Below are positions 1-12,429 of a stretch of 64,000 nt of DNA, piece after piece. The translations under genes and the position numbers were made by a program. Below the pieces are notes generated by a model. That model had not been told where the DNA came from. It saw only the letters and a list, made by a program, of their open reading frames with translations, and did no database searches. Positions within the stretch are counted from its first letter, which is position 1, and the number at the start of each line of letters is the position of its first letter. Origin of the DNA: Basidiobolus meristosporus CBS 931.73 (lineage: Eukaryota; Fungi; Basidiobolomycota); contig MCFE01000405.1 of assembly GCA_002104905.1 (NCBI GenBank), positions 16,652 to 80,651 of the forward strand. Reading direction: 5' to 3'.

Positions 1-572
1 CTATAGCCAGATAGAGTAAATCTAGTTCTATTAGCTCTATACAGAAATAAACTTTTAATTGCCACCAATAGCCAAGAAACCTTGCAAGCCACTATATTCA
101 TCCTAGCTAGGGAGCTCAGATGTCCAATCAAGGTGAACTCAGTTACTACTGAGGGACAAAGTTCCCCATAGAAAGTGATACCCAGAATATCACCCTCAGC
201 CAGTCCTAGTATATTCAAAATATACTTAGGAAGTACCAAATGGAAGACTGTAAACTGGCAGCTACCCCTATGGAGACAAACCTTAGCTTTGTCAATGCTC
301 AGTTAAATCAAGGGTGTTTGGTGCCATTGAAAAGCCCTGAGTTCCCTTACTAATCTACAACTGGCAGTCTGATGAATATCATGCTTGGAATACATCTAGA
401 TATCTCATATTTACTGGGAGCTGTCAGCAAGCATTCTCAGAACAATAGGTCTGGCCATATTGCAACAGTTAAGCAAATATTTAGATATGGTACTGCTAAT
501 ATTTGTTTAAGGTACAACTAAAAGGATCCAGAACAAGATCTTGTGAGATACACTGGTGCTGATTGGAGACAC
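1..572 (+). pseudogene. Decayed Ty1/copia reverse-transcriptase fragment (A-related)
   Basis: Manual translation gives PDRVNLVLLALY..LLIATN, TLSQS*YIQNILRKYQMEDCKLAATPMETNL and LMNIMLGIHLDISY...HIATVKQIFRY. These are collinear with the RT of A2 and B; there are frameshifts and stops and the YVDD motif is destroyed. Confidence 0.8.
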
Positions 573-992
573 CTATGCCATTGGCATTAAGAAGCTAGGG
601 AGCCCCAATGTATTGGTAATTAGTTGAATAATCCTTTGAAGAATAGCTTTGCTCCATGGATGGATCCTATCCAGATAAGCCCTAAGGTGTGGGCAATTAG
701 TTACGTAAGGAAGGACTTGAATGAATGTTGTGGTGGTGTTTGAGTCCAAGGGGGAAATAAATCTAACACTTGTCAGTGTTGTGTGTGTGGGGTGCTCATT
801 ATGTGCACTAACATCTGGCAAAAGCTGTGTGGAATACTTGAGTTTTATCTATGCATTAATGTGAACAGCACAAGGACTCAAGCTTGTCAAGGGAGGACTA
901 TTGAGCTACAGTCCCCATTCAGTTGGTGCCTTAACCAACATAAGTGCTGGATGCAGTGTACCATGGAATGACAATGTACTAAAGCTTATGAC

Positions 993-1339
993 TGTTGTGA
1001 GAGTCTTGGAGATATTGGAAGTGATTAGGAGGACAAGTAGATTGTGTGGTTTTTGCATAATGATTTATTGAATGTAAAAGTAGTATTTATACTTTTACAT
1101 GGTCTTGGCATAGCAAACACATAGAATAGGATAAGAAGGTCCCAAGAACATGTGTGCAAAGTTTGGGGCTGCTTGGACAGCTTTGAGAATTTTCATGTTC
1201 TGGGTACCTGGTATTTTGGTGAAAATATTCTAAGTAAATCCCAACAAGGAATTTGGTCAGTATACTCTAGGATTTGAAGGTTATGATCTAAGTGACCAAG
1301 TGAGGTGAATATTTAGGTGGAAATACAAATTTTACAATA
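993..1339 (-). repeat. A1 3' LTR
   Basis: Direct repeat of 4913-5260, bounded by TGTTG...CAATA. A degenerate PPT (GAGTGAGAG on the minus strand) lies next to the pol stop. Confidence 0.92.
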
Positions 1340-1350
1340 CTCTCACTCAA

Positions 1351-4300
1351 CTAAATGTTCATACTGACTAGTCCTAATTTTGACCTAACATATTCAAACT
1401 TGTCTCTAGCTAATGGTTTGGTAAATATAGCTGCAATCATTTCATCTGTAGGACAGTAAACTAAGCTAACTAAGTTATTCTCTATAGCTTCATGTATGAA
1501 ATGATGTCTAATATCTATGTGCTTGGTTCTAGCATGAAAAGTTGGATTTCTACCTAGTTGTATACATGCTTGATTATTGTGAAATAAAGTAATAGGCATT
1601 TTTTGACATAGGCCTAAATCTGTAAAAAGCTTTCTTAGCCACATTGCTTCTTTAGTAGCTTCACAGGCTGCCATGTACTCTGCCTCTATGGTAGAGAGTG
1701 CTACGGTTGGCTGCTTTCTTGAATTCCATGAAATTGCTCCTTGACAGTAAAGAAAGGTGTATCCTGTGGTGGATCTTCTGTCTTCCAAATTTTGTCCCTA
1801 ATCAGCATCAGAGTATCCCAAAAGATCCTGTTCTGAATCCTGATAAGTGTATCTTAAGCAGATATCAGCAGTTCCTTTTAGGTATCTAAAAATCCGCTTA
1901 ACTGCTGCAATATGATCAGATCCATAGTTCTGATTATGTTAGCTCACAACTCCCACCGAATATGAGATATCTGGACATGTTCCAAGCAAGATATACATCA
2001 GACTAGTGACCATAGATTGATAAGGAAAGTCCAGGCTCTTGGTGATTGATTGAGACCATATAGTGACTGTTTAAGCTTGCAGACCAAATGGGGGTTATCT
2101 TGGTCAACAAACCCATCAGGCTGGTCCATATACATGTCCTTAGCAAGTTCTCCATTCAAAAATGCAGCTTTTACATTCATTTGATGAATAAAAAACCTAT
2201 ATTTGGCTGCAATAGCCAATATTACTCTGATGGAATTAAACTTGGCTACCAGTGCAAAGGTCTCAGTATAGTCAAGTCCTTTTGTTTGAGAGTATCCTTT
2301 GGCTACAAGTCTTGCTGTGTATCTTTCAATTGTACCATCAGCCTTGTATTTTGTCTTGAAGACCCTTCTGCATCCAATTGATTTTTGGCTGATTAGTAAT
2401 TTGACTAAGTCCCAAGTTTGATTTTCCATCAGGGCCTGATATTCCTCAGTCATTGCAGATCTCCAAAACATCATCTGAGGGCTACTTAGGACCTCCTTAA
2501 CAGTCTGGGGCTCATCAATATGGACTGAATAGGCATAGGCTAAGTTTGTACCCTCATAGATATAGTAATTTGGGCTATTTCTTGTCCAACCAAATCTCCG
2601 GGCATTTGATACTGGAATGATCACTTCTGGGATATTCCTGGGCACTGATTCTGGCTGAACCACAGTTGTAGAGTCATCTGGAGAGAAAAAGTTATCACTG
2701 TTTTGCTCTGATTCAATCCTGACAATTAGTGGACTTGAGATGAAATTTTTGTCATCATCTGATGTCATTTTTTGTGAAAATTTTGAATTTTCTTGAACAA
2801 CACATCTGTGGACTTGATCAGCCTCTTTGCTTTGGTATTGTAGAGTCTGTATGCCTTACGCTCATTGCAGTAGCCCAAAATTATGCATTTTACACTTTTG
2901 GCTCAATTTTTGACTGATTTCTGGCCAGTTTTTTGGCATATGCTGTACACCCAAGTATTCTTAGATGTTCTGCACATGGTCTGTATCCATACCATGCTTC
3001 AAATGGAGTAGAATCACAAAGTATTCTGTTACAACTCCTATTTTCAAGGTATACAGCAGTGGCAACTGAATCTGCCCAAAAATCATAGGATAATTTTTAT
3101 CATGAATCATAGATCTTGTCATATCAATTATTGATCTGTTAGCACATTCTGCTACTCCATATTGCTGTGGGGAGTATGGTACAGTAGTCTCTAGCTATAT
3201 CCCATGAATTTTGCAGAAGTGGATGAAGAGTTTTGAGGTATATTCTCCACCATTATCAGAACATATCTTCTTGATTTTTTCACCAGTTTCTCTCTCCACC
3301 ATGGCTTTAAACTCCCTGAACTTAGACATAGCTTCTTCCTTTCTCTCCATGAAGTAGACCCATGTGTATCTTGTATAACCATCAACAAAAGTGATTAAAT
3401 ACTTCATCTTGCCTAAGGATAAATCTTGCATACGTCTGCATAGATCTGATTGAATTAGATCTAACTTTTTCTTAGTTTTGATTATCCCAGAGCTCTTGAA
3501 TGGTTGTCTGGCTTGTTTCCCATATATGCAGGCTTCACAGTGCTCCAAATTAGCTGGGGGATTAATTTTCACTCCAGAAATTAGCAGATCTTTGATCATT
3601 TTACGCAAATAATAAAAATTGATGTGCCCAAATCTCCTGTGCCAAAGCATTGGTATTTCTTCATTTAAGTTACCTATATTGGCTTCCAGATATGATGGAA
3701 TATAAGTCAACTTGTATAGATTATGATCTCCAATGCCCAAAGCAATAAGGGCACCATTTTTATCAGTGATCCTACATCCAGAATTGTCAAAACTGAAACT
3801 GAGTCCTTCTGCTGTGGCCTTGCTTACAGTGAGTAGGTTCTTGGCTATTCCTGGTAGATAGAGTACTTCTTTAAAGGTCAGTGTATGACTTCCTTCACTG
3901 CTTCTAAGGTTTACCTGGATATTTCCTTCTCCCACTGCATCAAGTGTTCTATTGTCACCCATGAAAACCTTCTTAATTGGAATTTCTTGATATTGGGTAA
4001 AAAGTTCTTTTGGATGTGTAAAGTGTTGAGAAGCTCCAGAGTCAATATACCACGTCTGAGAATCCTTGTTTGTGGTCATATTTAGTGCTGATATGAATAG
4101 TCTATCTTCAGTTGTTGCAGCATTTCCATATTCAGGCTTCTTTTGCTGATTATCCTTCTTTTTGAGACACCAGTCTGATGTGTATCCTTTTGTTTTGCAG
4201 TAATTGCAAAACAGGTTGCTGTTGTCTCTGTAGGGTCTGGGGCACCTCCTTTGTTGGTTATCATTGCTTATTAAAGCATTTTGTTCTTCCTTCTTATTGG

Positions 4301-4881
4301 TGCTTGATTTTCTTAATTCTTCATCCAGGAGCCTTCCATATACATAATCTAAGGTCAAATCTTAACTCTGGACTCTATGGCTGATACAAGGCCCTGAAAC
4401 TTGTCTGTCAGGCCATTCAGGAAGGTAACTATCACATCCTCATCAGTAGTTGGTACACCCACAGATTCCATCTCATCAAACAGCAGGGTAATTCTGTTAA
4501 TTAGGATTTTCATTTCTTCTCCTGGAGGCATCTCTGTAGTAAAGAATTTTTGTCTCAGATACACTTTCTTAGCAGCTGAACATGACTGATAGGTGTCTTC
4601 TAATGCCTTCCAGGCATTCTTTGCCTTTTTTGCTCTTGAGCATTGAATTAGCAATTTGTCTTTAACATTAAGGCAAATGCAGTTAAAGGCACTTTATACT
4701 TTCTTCCGGTACTTCAAGGCCTCCTCTCCACATTTTTAGGAGGGCATTCTTCTCCCATGACAATATCCCAAAGGCCTCTTTCTTGTAGCAGCATCTTCAT
4801 TTTCACCTTCCACACTTGGTAGTTAATTCCATCCAACTTTTCAGCAGAGGGAAAAATTTCAGTAATAGCAGTAGTGGACAT
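1351..4881 (-). pseudogene. A1 gag-pol pseudogene
   Basis: ORF pieces include UBN2-type gag (4355-4654), WYIDSGASQH protease, GAG-pre-integrase WHRRFGH, RSDNGGEY, RT ARLVAKGYSQ and RNase H EAEY/DNQ-like/HIDIRHHF. Multiple stops and frameshifts, plus a ~400-bp RT deletion. Confidence 0.9.
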
Positions 4882-4899
4882 TGCAGAGAGTGATAGCTT

Positions 4900-4912
4900 G
4901 GTGCTCATAAGC
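4900..4912 (-). promoter_or_regulatory. A1 primer-binding site (degenerate half-tRNA-iMet type)
   Basis: GCTTATGAGCACC immediately follows the 5' LTR on the minus strand and is a variant of GGTTATGAGCCC. Confidence 0.7.
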
Positions 4913-5260
4913 TGTTGTAAGAGTCTTGGAGATATTGGAAGTGATTGGAAGGACAAGCAGATTATGTGGTTTTCACTTAATGACTTATTGAATGTAAGAG
5001 TAGTACTTATACTTTTACATGGTCTTGGCATAACAAACACATAGAATAGGTTAAGGAAGGTCCCAAGAACATATGTGCAAAGTTTGGGGCTGTTTGGACA
5101 ACTTTGAGAATTTTCATGTTCTGGGTACCTGGTATTTTGGTAAAAATATTCTAAGTTAATACCAGCAAGGAATTTGGTCAGTATTCTCTAGGACTTGAAG
5201 GTAATGATCTAAGTGACTAAGTTAGGTGAGTATTTAGGTGGAAATACAAATTTTACAAGA
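4913..5260 (-). repeat. A1 5' LTR
   Basis: Direct repeat of 993-1339, bounded by TGTTG...CAAGA. Confidence 0.92.
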
Positions 5261-6417
5261 ATGACTTCAAAGCAATTGCAAATACAACCAGCAGGGACTT
5301 GACAGCCATGCAGCTGTGATCAACAGTTACAGAGAAAAAAAGGTATCTTTGACTGTAAAAGAACAGACCTGGGAAGGAGTCAAATATTACAAAAGATGCC
5401 CACTGTTGATATAATATCCAGGGAGTTCTTCCAAGGTTAGTTGGATGTCTGCATAGTTCCCTGTGAGAATACTTCAGTATCAGCAGGAATAAAAACTGGT
5501 TGACTTAGGAAACAATACTAATCACAATAAGCTAAATTGGCTATTACCAAAATTGGATTAGTAAAAGTAGTGAAGTAGAAAATATGAGAGTGAGTGGCTT
5601 TATGAGCCCATTGCAATGCAATAAGAAGCTAACTACTATTAGGACTTGTCTGTAATATGATACTTGCCAATGGACAACATAATCAATATTGCTATATTAC
5701 ACATGTTCAGTCTACCAGTTGCTAAATTACCAGATGTACTGTGTCATTTAGAGCCCTCAGGGCCCTTGTATGAGAATTCTCAGGTCATTCTGAAGTTTTC
5801 AGTTTTCTAAAGATGACTGTAATTTTCTAGTACCTTACCATTAGTAATCACTTAGCAATCAGGATAAGTATTTAAAGTAGCTTCATCTGTAACCAATAAT
5901 TTGTACTTTCCACTAATATCACAATTGCTTGATAGATTTACAGTTGAGCACTACACCTACCTGCAACAGTTAAACCTCAGGCCTGCTATTAAGGAGCTTT
6001 TCAGGGTAGAGCACAAGACACACAAAGGTTGTTAGAGACACCTGGAGCACCTAGGATACTAGAGAAGTAGGGGCTTTAACCATATTGACATAGTGATAGA
6101 GCTACCAGCAGTGTGAACCCAGTGGTTACTGAACAAATCAAATACCTCACACACCTTAAGTTGTATAGCATCTACTAAGAAAACTTATTTTTTGATATGG
6201 GTCAAATAATGAAAGGTGCACAAGTTGTTTCTATCAAGGAGATACCTGCTGAACTTTGGCAAAGTTGTCCAAATGGGAGTCAATTACTAATTGCATCCAG
6301 CCTAATTTCACAGTACTTGACCAATTATTCAACATCTAGGGATACTTGTTGAAATCTAAAGGGGATACTGGAAGCAAATTGGAGAATCAGAAGATTGGTA
6401 TGATATTTACTTGTTAT

Positions 6418-6766
6418 TGTTGTAAGAGTCTTGGAGATATTGGAAGTGATTGAAAGGACAAGTAGATTATGGGGTATTCACTTAAAAATTTATTGAATGT
6501 AAAAGTAGTATCTACACTTTTACATGGTCTTGGCATTACAAACACGTAGAATAGACTAAGGAAGGTCCCAAGAACTTGTGTGTAAAGCTTGGGGCTGTTT
6601 GGACAACTTTGAGAATTCTCATGTTCTGTGTACCTGGTATTTTGGTGAAAATATTCTAAGTAAATCCCAACAAGGAATCTGGTCAGTATTCTCTAGGATT
6701 CAAAGGTTATGATCTAAGTGACCAAGTTAGGTAATTATTTAGGTGGAATTCCAAATTTTTACAATA
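6418..6766 (-). repeat. A2 3' LTR
   Basis: Repeat of 10426-10774 and of the A1 LTRs. Confidence 0.9.
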
Positions 6767-6777
6767 CCCTCACTCAG

Positions 6778-9700
6778 CTAAATGCTCATACTGACTAGTC
6801 CTAATTTTGTCCTAACATATTCAAACTTGTCTTGAGCTAATGGTTTGGTAAATATAGCTGCAATCATTTCAACAGTAGGACAGTAAACTAAGCTAACCAA
6901 GTTATTCTCTGTAGCTTCATGTATGAAATGATGTCTAATATCTATGTGCTTGGTTCTAGCATGAAAAGTTGGATTTCTACCTAGTTGTATACATGCTTGA
7001 TTATTGTGAAATAAAGTAATAGGCATTTTTTGACATAGGCCTCAATCTGTAAAAAGCTTTCTTAGCCACATTGCTTCTTTTGTAGCTTTACAGGCTGCCA
7101 TGTACTCTGCCTCTGTGGTAGAAAGTGCTGTGGTTGGTTACTTTCTTGAATTCCATGATATTACTCCTTTACAGTAAAGAAAGGTGTATCCTGTGGTTGG
7201 TCTTCTGTGTTACAAATTTTGTCCCCAATCTGCATCACAGTATCCCACAAGATTCTCTTTTGAATCTTGATAAGTGTATCTTAAGCATATATCAGCAGTT
7301 CCTTTAAGATATCTAAAAATCTGCTTAACTGCTGCAATATGATCAGATTCATAGTTCTGATTATGCTGGCTGAAAACTCCCACTGAATGTGAGATATCTG
7401 GACATGTTCCAAGTATGAAATACATCAAACTGTCAACCATTGACTAATTAGGCAAGTCAGGGCTTTAAGATGGCACCAAGCTCTCTTGATTTGGTTGAGT
7501 TTTGACCAAGTTAAGGTTTGTCTCCCTTGGGATAGCTGCTGATTTACAGTCTTCCATTTGGTACTTCTTTAGTATATCTTGAATATACTTGGATTGGGCT
7601 AGGGTCATAGTCTGGGTACTTCTGTCTATTGAGAACTCAATCCCTAAGTAGTAACCAAGTCTTCTTAGATTGAACATCTTGAACTTTTTAGATAGGCTGT
7701 ATTTATTCTCTTCCAGTGTTGCTAGGTTATTGGCAGCAATAATAAGATCATCCACATATAGAGCTAATAGAACTGGATTTGCTCTATCTGGCTTTTAGTA
7801 TATACTATAGTCAGCATTTTTCCTTTTGAAACTCAAAGATTCCAAACAAGAATATATCTTGCAATCCCAGGCTCTCAGTGATTGTTTGAGACCATATAGT
7901 GACTTTTTAAGCTTGCACACCAAATGGGGGTAATCAAGGTCAGCAAGCCCATCTGGCTGGTCCATATACATGGCCTCATCAGGTTCTGCATTCAAATATG
8001 CAGCTTTTACATTCATTTGATGAATAAAAGACTTGCATTTGGCTGCAATAGCCAATATTAATCTGATGGAATAAAACTTGACTACTGTTGCAAAGGTCTC
8101 AGTATAGTCAAGTCCTCTTGTTTGAGAGTATCCTTTGGCCACAAGTCTTGCTTTGTATCTTTCAGTTCTGCCATCAACCTTGTATTTTGTCTTGAAGACT
8201 GATCTGCATCCAATTGATTTTTAGTTAATTGGTAATTTGACTAAGTCCCAAGTTTGATTTTCCATCAGGGCCTGATATTCCTCAGTCATTGCAAATCTCC
8301 AAAACTTTGTCTGAGGGCACTTTAGGGCCTCTTTTACAGTCTGGGGTTCATCAATATGGACTGAATAGGCATAGGCTAAGTTTGTACACTCATTGATATA
8401 GTAATTTGGGCTAATTTATGTCCAATTGGATCTCCTTGCAATTGATACTGAAATGACCACTTCTGGGATATTCCTAGGCACTGATTCTGCCTAAAACATG
8501 ATTGTAGAGTCCTCTGGAGTGAACAAATTATCATTGTTTTGCTCTGATCCAAACCTCACCATTGGTGGACTTAGGATCAGACTTTTGTCATCATCTGATA
8601 TCAATTCTTGTGAACACTTTGACTTTTCATCAAACAGCACATCCCTGGACTTGATTAACTCCTTTTCTTTGGTATTGCAGAGTTTGTATGCTTTACACTC
8701 ACTGCAGTAACCCAAGATATGTATTTTACACTTTTTGGTTCAAATTATGACTGATTTTGGGGCGGTTTCTTGGCATATGCAGTACACCCAGATATTCTTA
8801 GATGTTTTGCACCTGGTCTGTTTCCATACCATGCTTCAAATGGAGTAGAACCACAAAGTATTCCGTTATAACTCCTATTTTTAAGGTATACAGCAGTGGC
8901 AACTGAATCTGCCAAAAAATCATAGGATCATTTTTGATCATGGATCATAGATCTTGCCATATCCATTATTGATCTGTTAGCATGTTCTGCTACTCCATAT
9001 TGCTGTGGGGAATATGGTACAGTAGTCTCTTGCTTTATCCCATGATTTTTGCAGAAGTGGATGCAGAGTTTTGAGGTATACTCTCCACCATTGTCAGAGT
9101 GTATTTTTGTGATCCTTTGACCAGTTTCTCTCTCCACCATGGCTTTGAGCTCCCTGAGCTTAGACAGTACTTTTTCCTTTCTCTTCATGAAGTAGACCCA
9201 TGTGTATCTTGTATAATCATTAATAAAAGTGATTAAATACTTCATCTTGCCTAAGGATAAATTTTGCATAGGTTCATACAGATCTGAGTGAATTAAATCT
9301 ATTTTTTTCTTAGCTTTGTTTGACCCAGAGCACTTGAGTGGCTCTTTGACTTGTTCCCCATTTATGCAGGCTTCACAGTGCTCCCAATCAGTTGGGGGAT
9401 CATTTTTTACTCCAGATATTAGCTGATCTTTGATTATTTTGTGCAAATAATCAAAATTGATGTGCCCAAATCTCCTGTGCCAAAGCATTTGTGTTTCTTC
9501 ATTTAAGTTACTTATATTGGCTTCCTTATATGATTGAATATAAGTCAGCTTGTATAGACTCTAATCTCTGATACCCAACTCAATATGGGCACCATTTTAA
9601 TCAGTGATCTTGCATCCAGAATTGTCAAAGCTGAAACTGAGTCCTTCTTAAGTAACCTTGCTTACCAATAGTAGATTCTTGGCAATTTCTGGTACACAGA

Positions 9701-10394
9701 GTACTTCTTTAAAGGTCAGTTAATGGCTTTCTTCACTGCTTCAAAGGTTTACTTGGGTATTTCCTTCTCCCACTGCATCAAGTGTTCTATTGTCACTCAT
9801 GCAAACCTTCTTATTTGGAATTTCTTGATATAGGGTAAAAAGTTCTTTTTGGTGTGTAAAGTGTTGAGATGCTCCAGAGTTAATGTACCATGTCTAATAA
9901 AAGGCCCTGAAGCTTGTCTGTCAGGCTATTCAGGATGGTAACTATTGCATCCTCATCAGTAGTTGGTACACCCACAGATTCTATTTCATCTACCAGCAAA
10001 GTTATACTGTTAATTAGATATTTCATTTCTTCTCCTGCCTGCATTGTTAAAGTAAAAAATTTTTGTTGCAAATACATTTTATTAGTAGCTGAACATGACT
10101 GATAGGTGTCTTCTAATACCTTCCAGGCATACTTTGCTGTTTTTGCTCTTGAGCATGGAATTAGCAATTAGTCTCTAACATCAAGGCAAATGCAGTTAAA
10201 GGCACTTTGTTCTTTCTTCTGGTACTTTAAGACTTCTTCTACCACATTTTTAGGAGCACATTCTTCACCCATGACAATATCCCAGAGGCCTCTTTCTTGT
10301 AGCATCATCTTCATCTTCACATTCCACACTTGGTAGTTAGACCCATCAACTTTTCAGCAGAGGGAAGAATTCCAGTAATAGCAGTAGTAGACAT
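6778..10394 (-). pseudogene. A2 gag-pol pseudogene
   Basis: Fragmented ORFs with gag, integrase (WHRRFGH, HSDL, HSDNGGEY), RT (YVDD region at about 7755) and RNase H. A deletion removes the zinc knuckle and protease start. Confidence 0.9.
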
Positions 10395-10410
10395 TGCAGA
10401 GAGTGACAGT

Positions 10411-10425
10411 GTGAAGCTCATAACC
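10411..10425 (-). promoter_or_regulatory. A2 primer-binding site (half-tRNA-iMet type)
   Basis: GGTTATGAGCTTCAC directly follows the ...CAACA end of the 5' LTR. Confidence 0.8.
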
Positions 10426-10774
10426 TGTTGTAAGAGTCTTGGAGATATTGGAAGTGATTGGAAGGACAAGTAGACTATGTTGTTTTTACTTAATGATTTA
10501 TTGAATGTAAAAGTAGTATTTATACTTTTACATGGTCTTTGCATTGCAAACACTTAGATTAGATGAAGGAAGGTCCCAAGAATATGTGTGCACAGTTTGG
10601 GGCTGTTTGCACAACTTTGAGAATTATCATGTTCTGGGTACCTGGTATTTTGGTCAAAATATTCTCAGTAACTCCCAACAAGGAATTTGGTCAGTATTTT
10701 CTAGGACTTGAAGGTAATGATCTAAGAGACTAGGTTAGGTGAATATTTAGGTGGAATTTCAAATTTTTACAACA
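10426..10774 (-). repeat. A2 5' LTR
   Basis: Bounded by TGTTG...CAACA. Contains TATAAATA on the minus strand (10517-10524). Confidence 0.9.
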
Positions 10775-11344
10775 ATTATTTGATTGTGTTGCAACACAGT
10801 AAATATACTTATTGCAGAGCAATATAAAAGTAAATATATGATCATTAATAGGGGTGTCTCAGGATTACATGTACCAAGCTTCAGCACCTTTAAGCAAGTT
10901 TTAGACTCTCATCACTATCTTGTACTTATTACTGATTGTATGCAAATACCTTACTAACCAAATTCTAAGTTAAAACTCTGTAAAGTATTTATGTCAACTA
11001 AGTGTTAGCACATCAAATATGAATAATTAGATGGACCCTGATAATTTTAACACTCCTGCTCACATTATATTATCCTGTACTGTGAGCTTATTGTGGTGAT
11101 GTGTATCTTTCAGTGGGATTTAAACCCACAATTAGCCATGTAACTAACTGGACTAGTGTATTCTCCAATATATGTCAAGACCTCTGAATAATCTGCACTA
11201 ACTAAGTAGCAGCTTATACTATTAATTATATACTTCAGATCAAGTTACTTTGAGTCATAGTTGTGATCCTGTTATAGTGTATCTATGATTGAGTACTGTA
11301 CATTTAATTGTTTTAACACCTTTCAAATGCTTATCAAACTCTGG

Positions 11345-12422
11345 TGTAGTGGGGTCACAGTGACACCCACAGGCAGATGTGCTCATTCCCATATGTTCAC
11401 TTCCCTAAAAAAGATTAACCCCCCTATATTAGTATCATCCCAAATTGCAATATTCTCTATCTGTATATGTGATTATTACTATGTGACCTGGCAAACTATT
11501 TGTCACTATTAGCTCATTGCACAAGCTATTCCTATTCCATGCCAAGACACCAAGATAAGATAGTTACCATATAAGACAAGTACCCCCAACAGTGCCCATG
11601 TCATGTAACCATCCTGGTTTCATAACCCTCCTATCCTACTACCATAAGAAGTAACTACATGACACAGAGGTTCCATATTACCACTATCTTATTGACTAGG
11701 TGCTACTTTGTCTCATGGAACAATTTGCCAAGAACTTGCGCTATTTTTAGTACACAATGACATGATTGGCTGTCTACTACCTTCTGGAAACTTCTGGAAA
11801 GTATTTTCTAGCAAGAATTTGAGCAGCAAAAATGTATATAAGAGAGGCCATTCCTTAAAATAAATCATCCCTCTTCCAATATTCCAACTTATTGATTAGT
11901 GAGATCACTGCTGCCTATTACCATTACTTTCTGACTCAGACCTGACAATACTCCCAGGAAACCATGCTGACAGCCAACTGACCTTGGAGGCACTACTTGG
12001 AAGGAATACTCAGAGTAGGTATATTTTATTATATTTGATTGTTTTCCCAAGTTTGTTTTTGTACAGGCAAAGATACTTTTCAGTCTTTGTCACTATTGGT
12101 CAAAGCTGCACTCTTATCAAGTCCCTGTTGGTGGAGTCTACAGTTGTTTTGACTTTGGAAGCTTTAGTACACTGTCATCTCAAAGGACATTGAAGCCAGT
12201 ATAAACTTTTGTTAAGATGCCAACTAAGTTGGGGATTGTAGCTCAATAGTTTTCCCTTGACAAGCTTGAGGCTTTATCCCCCTTCACATTAGATTAGACA
12301 AAAGACCCAGTATTCCTAGCAAGCTTTTGCCAGAGGTTATTGCACCCAGTGAACACCCCACACACATTAACACCTGAGAAGTGTTGGCCATATTTTGCCC
12401 TTTGGACTTATACACCACCACA
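11345..12422 (+). repeat. Diverged solo LTR of gypsy family G
   Basis: Starts TGTAGTGGGGTCACAGTGACACCCAC and ends ACACCACCACA, collinear with the G1 LTRs but clearly more diverged. No PBS follows and there is no direct TSD. Confidence 0.88.
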
Positions 12423-12429
12423 CCAGCAT

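Larger units (their letters stand above)
993..5260 (-). mobile_element. Ty1/copia LTR retrotransposon A1, complete but decayed
   Basis: Two ~347-bp LTRs (993-1339, 4913-5260) and a perfect 5-bp TSD ATGAC (988-992, 5261-5265). Internal order is gag, protease (DSGA), integrase, RT, RNase H. Confidence 0.95.
729..5520 (-). repeat. Old family-G gypsy LTR remnant (729-992 plus 5266 to about 5520) split by copia A1
   Basis: 729-992 is the reverse complement of the G LTR 3' end (TGTGGTGGTG...GGCAAAAGCT...AAGCTTGTCAAGGG...TATTGAGCTACA). Homology resumes after A1 (CCAGCAGGGACTTGA...GCAGCTGTG). Right boundary approximate. Confidence 0.75.
6418..10774 (-). mobile_element. Ty1/copia LTR retrotransposon A2, complete but decayed
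   Basis: LTRs 6418-6766 and 10426-10774, TSD GTTAT/ATTAT (one mismatch), PBS GGTTATGAGCT. Same family as A1. Confidence 0.93.
6347..11052 (-). repeat. Copia-type LTR family C copy (6347-6417 plus 10775-11052) interrupted by A2
   Basis: Joining the two flanks of A2 gives a sequence collinear with the solo LTR at 32571-32919 (TGTTGAAA...TTCACTTGTT...TTGCAACAC...TTTAACA). No matching TSD. A PPT-like GAGCAGGAG adjoins on the minus strand. Confidence 0.7.

Noticed and set aside
5650-6340. Possible additional G-like LTR on the plus strand
   Set aside because: Only short blocks (ATTCTCAGG.CATTCTGA, ATTAGTAATCACTTAGC) match and no termini could be defined.
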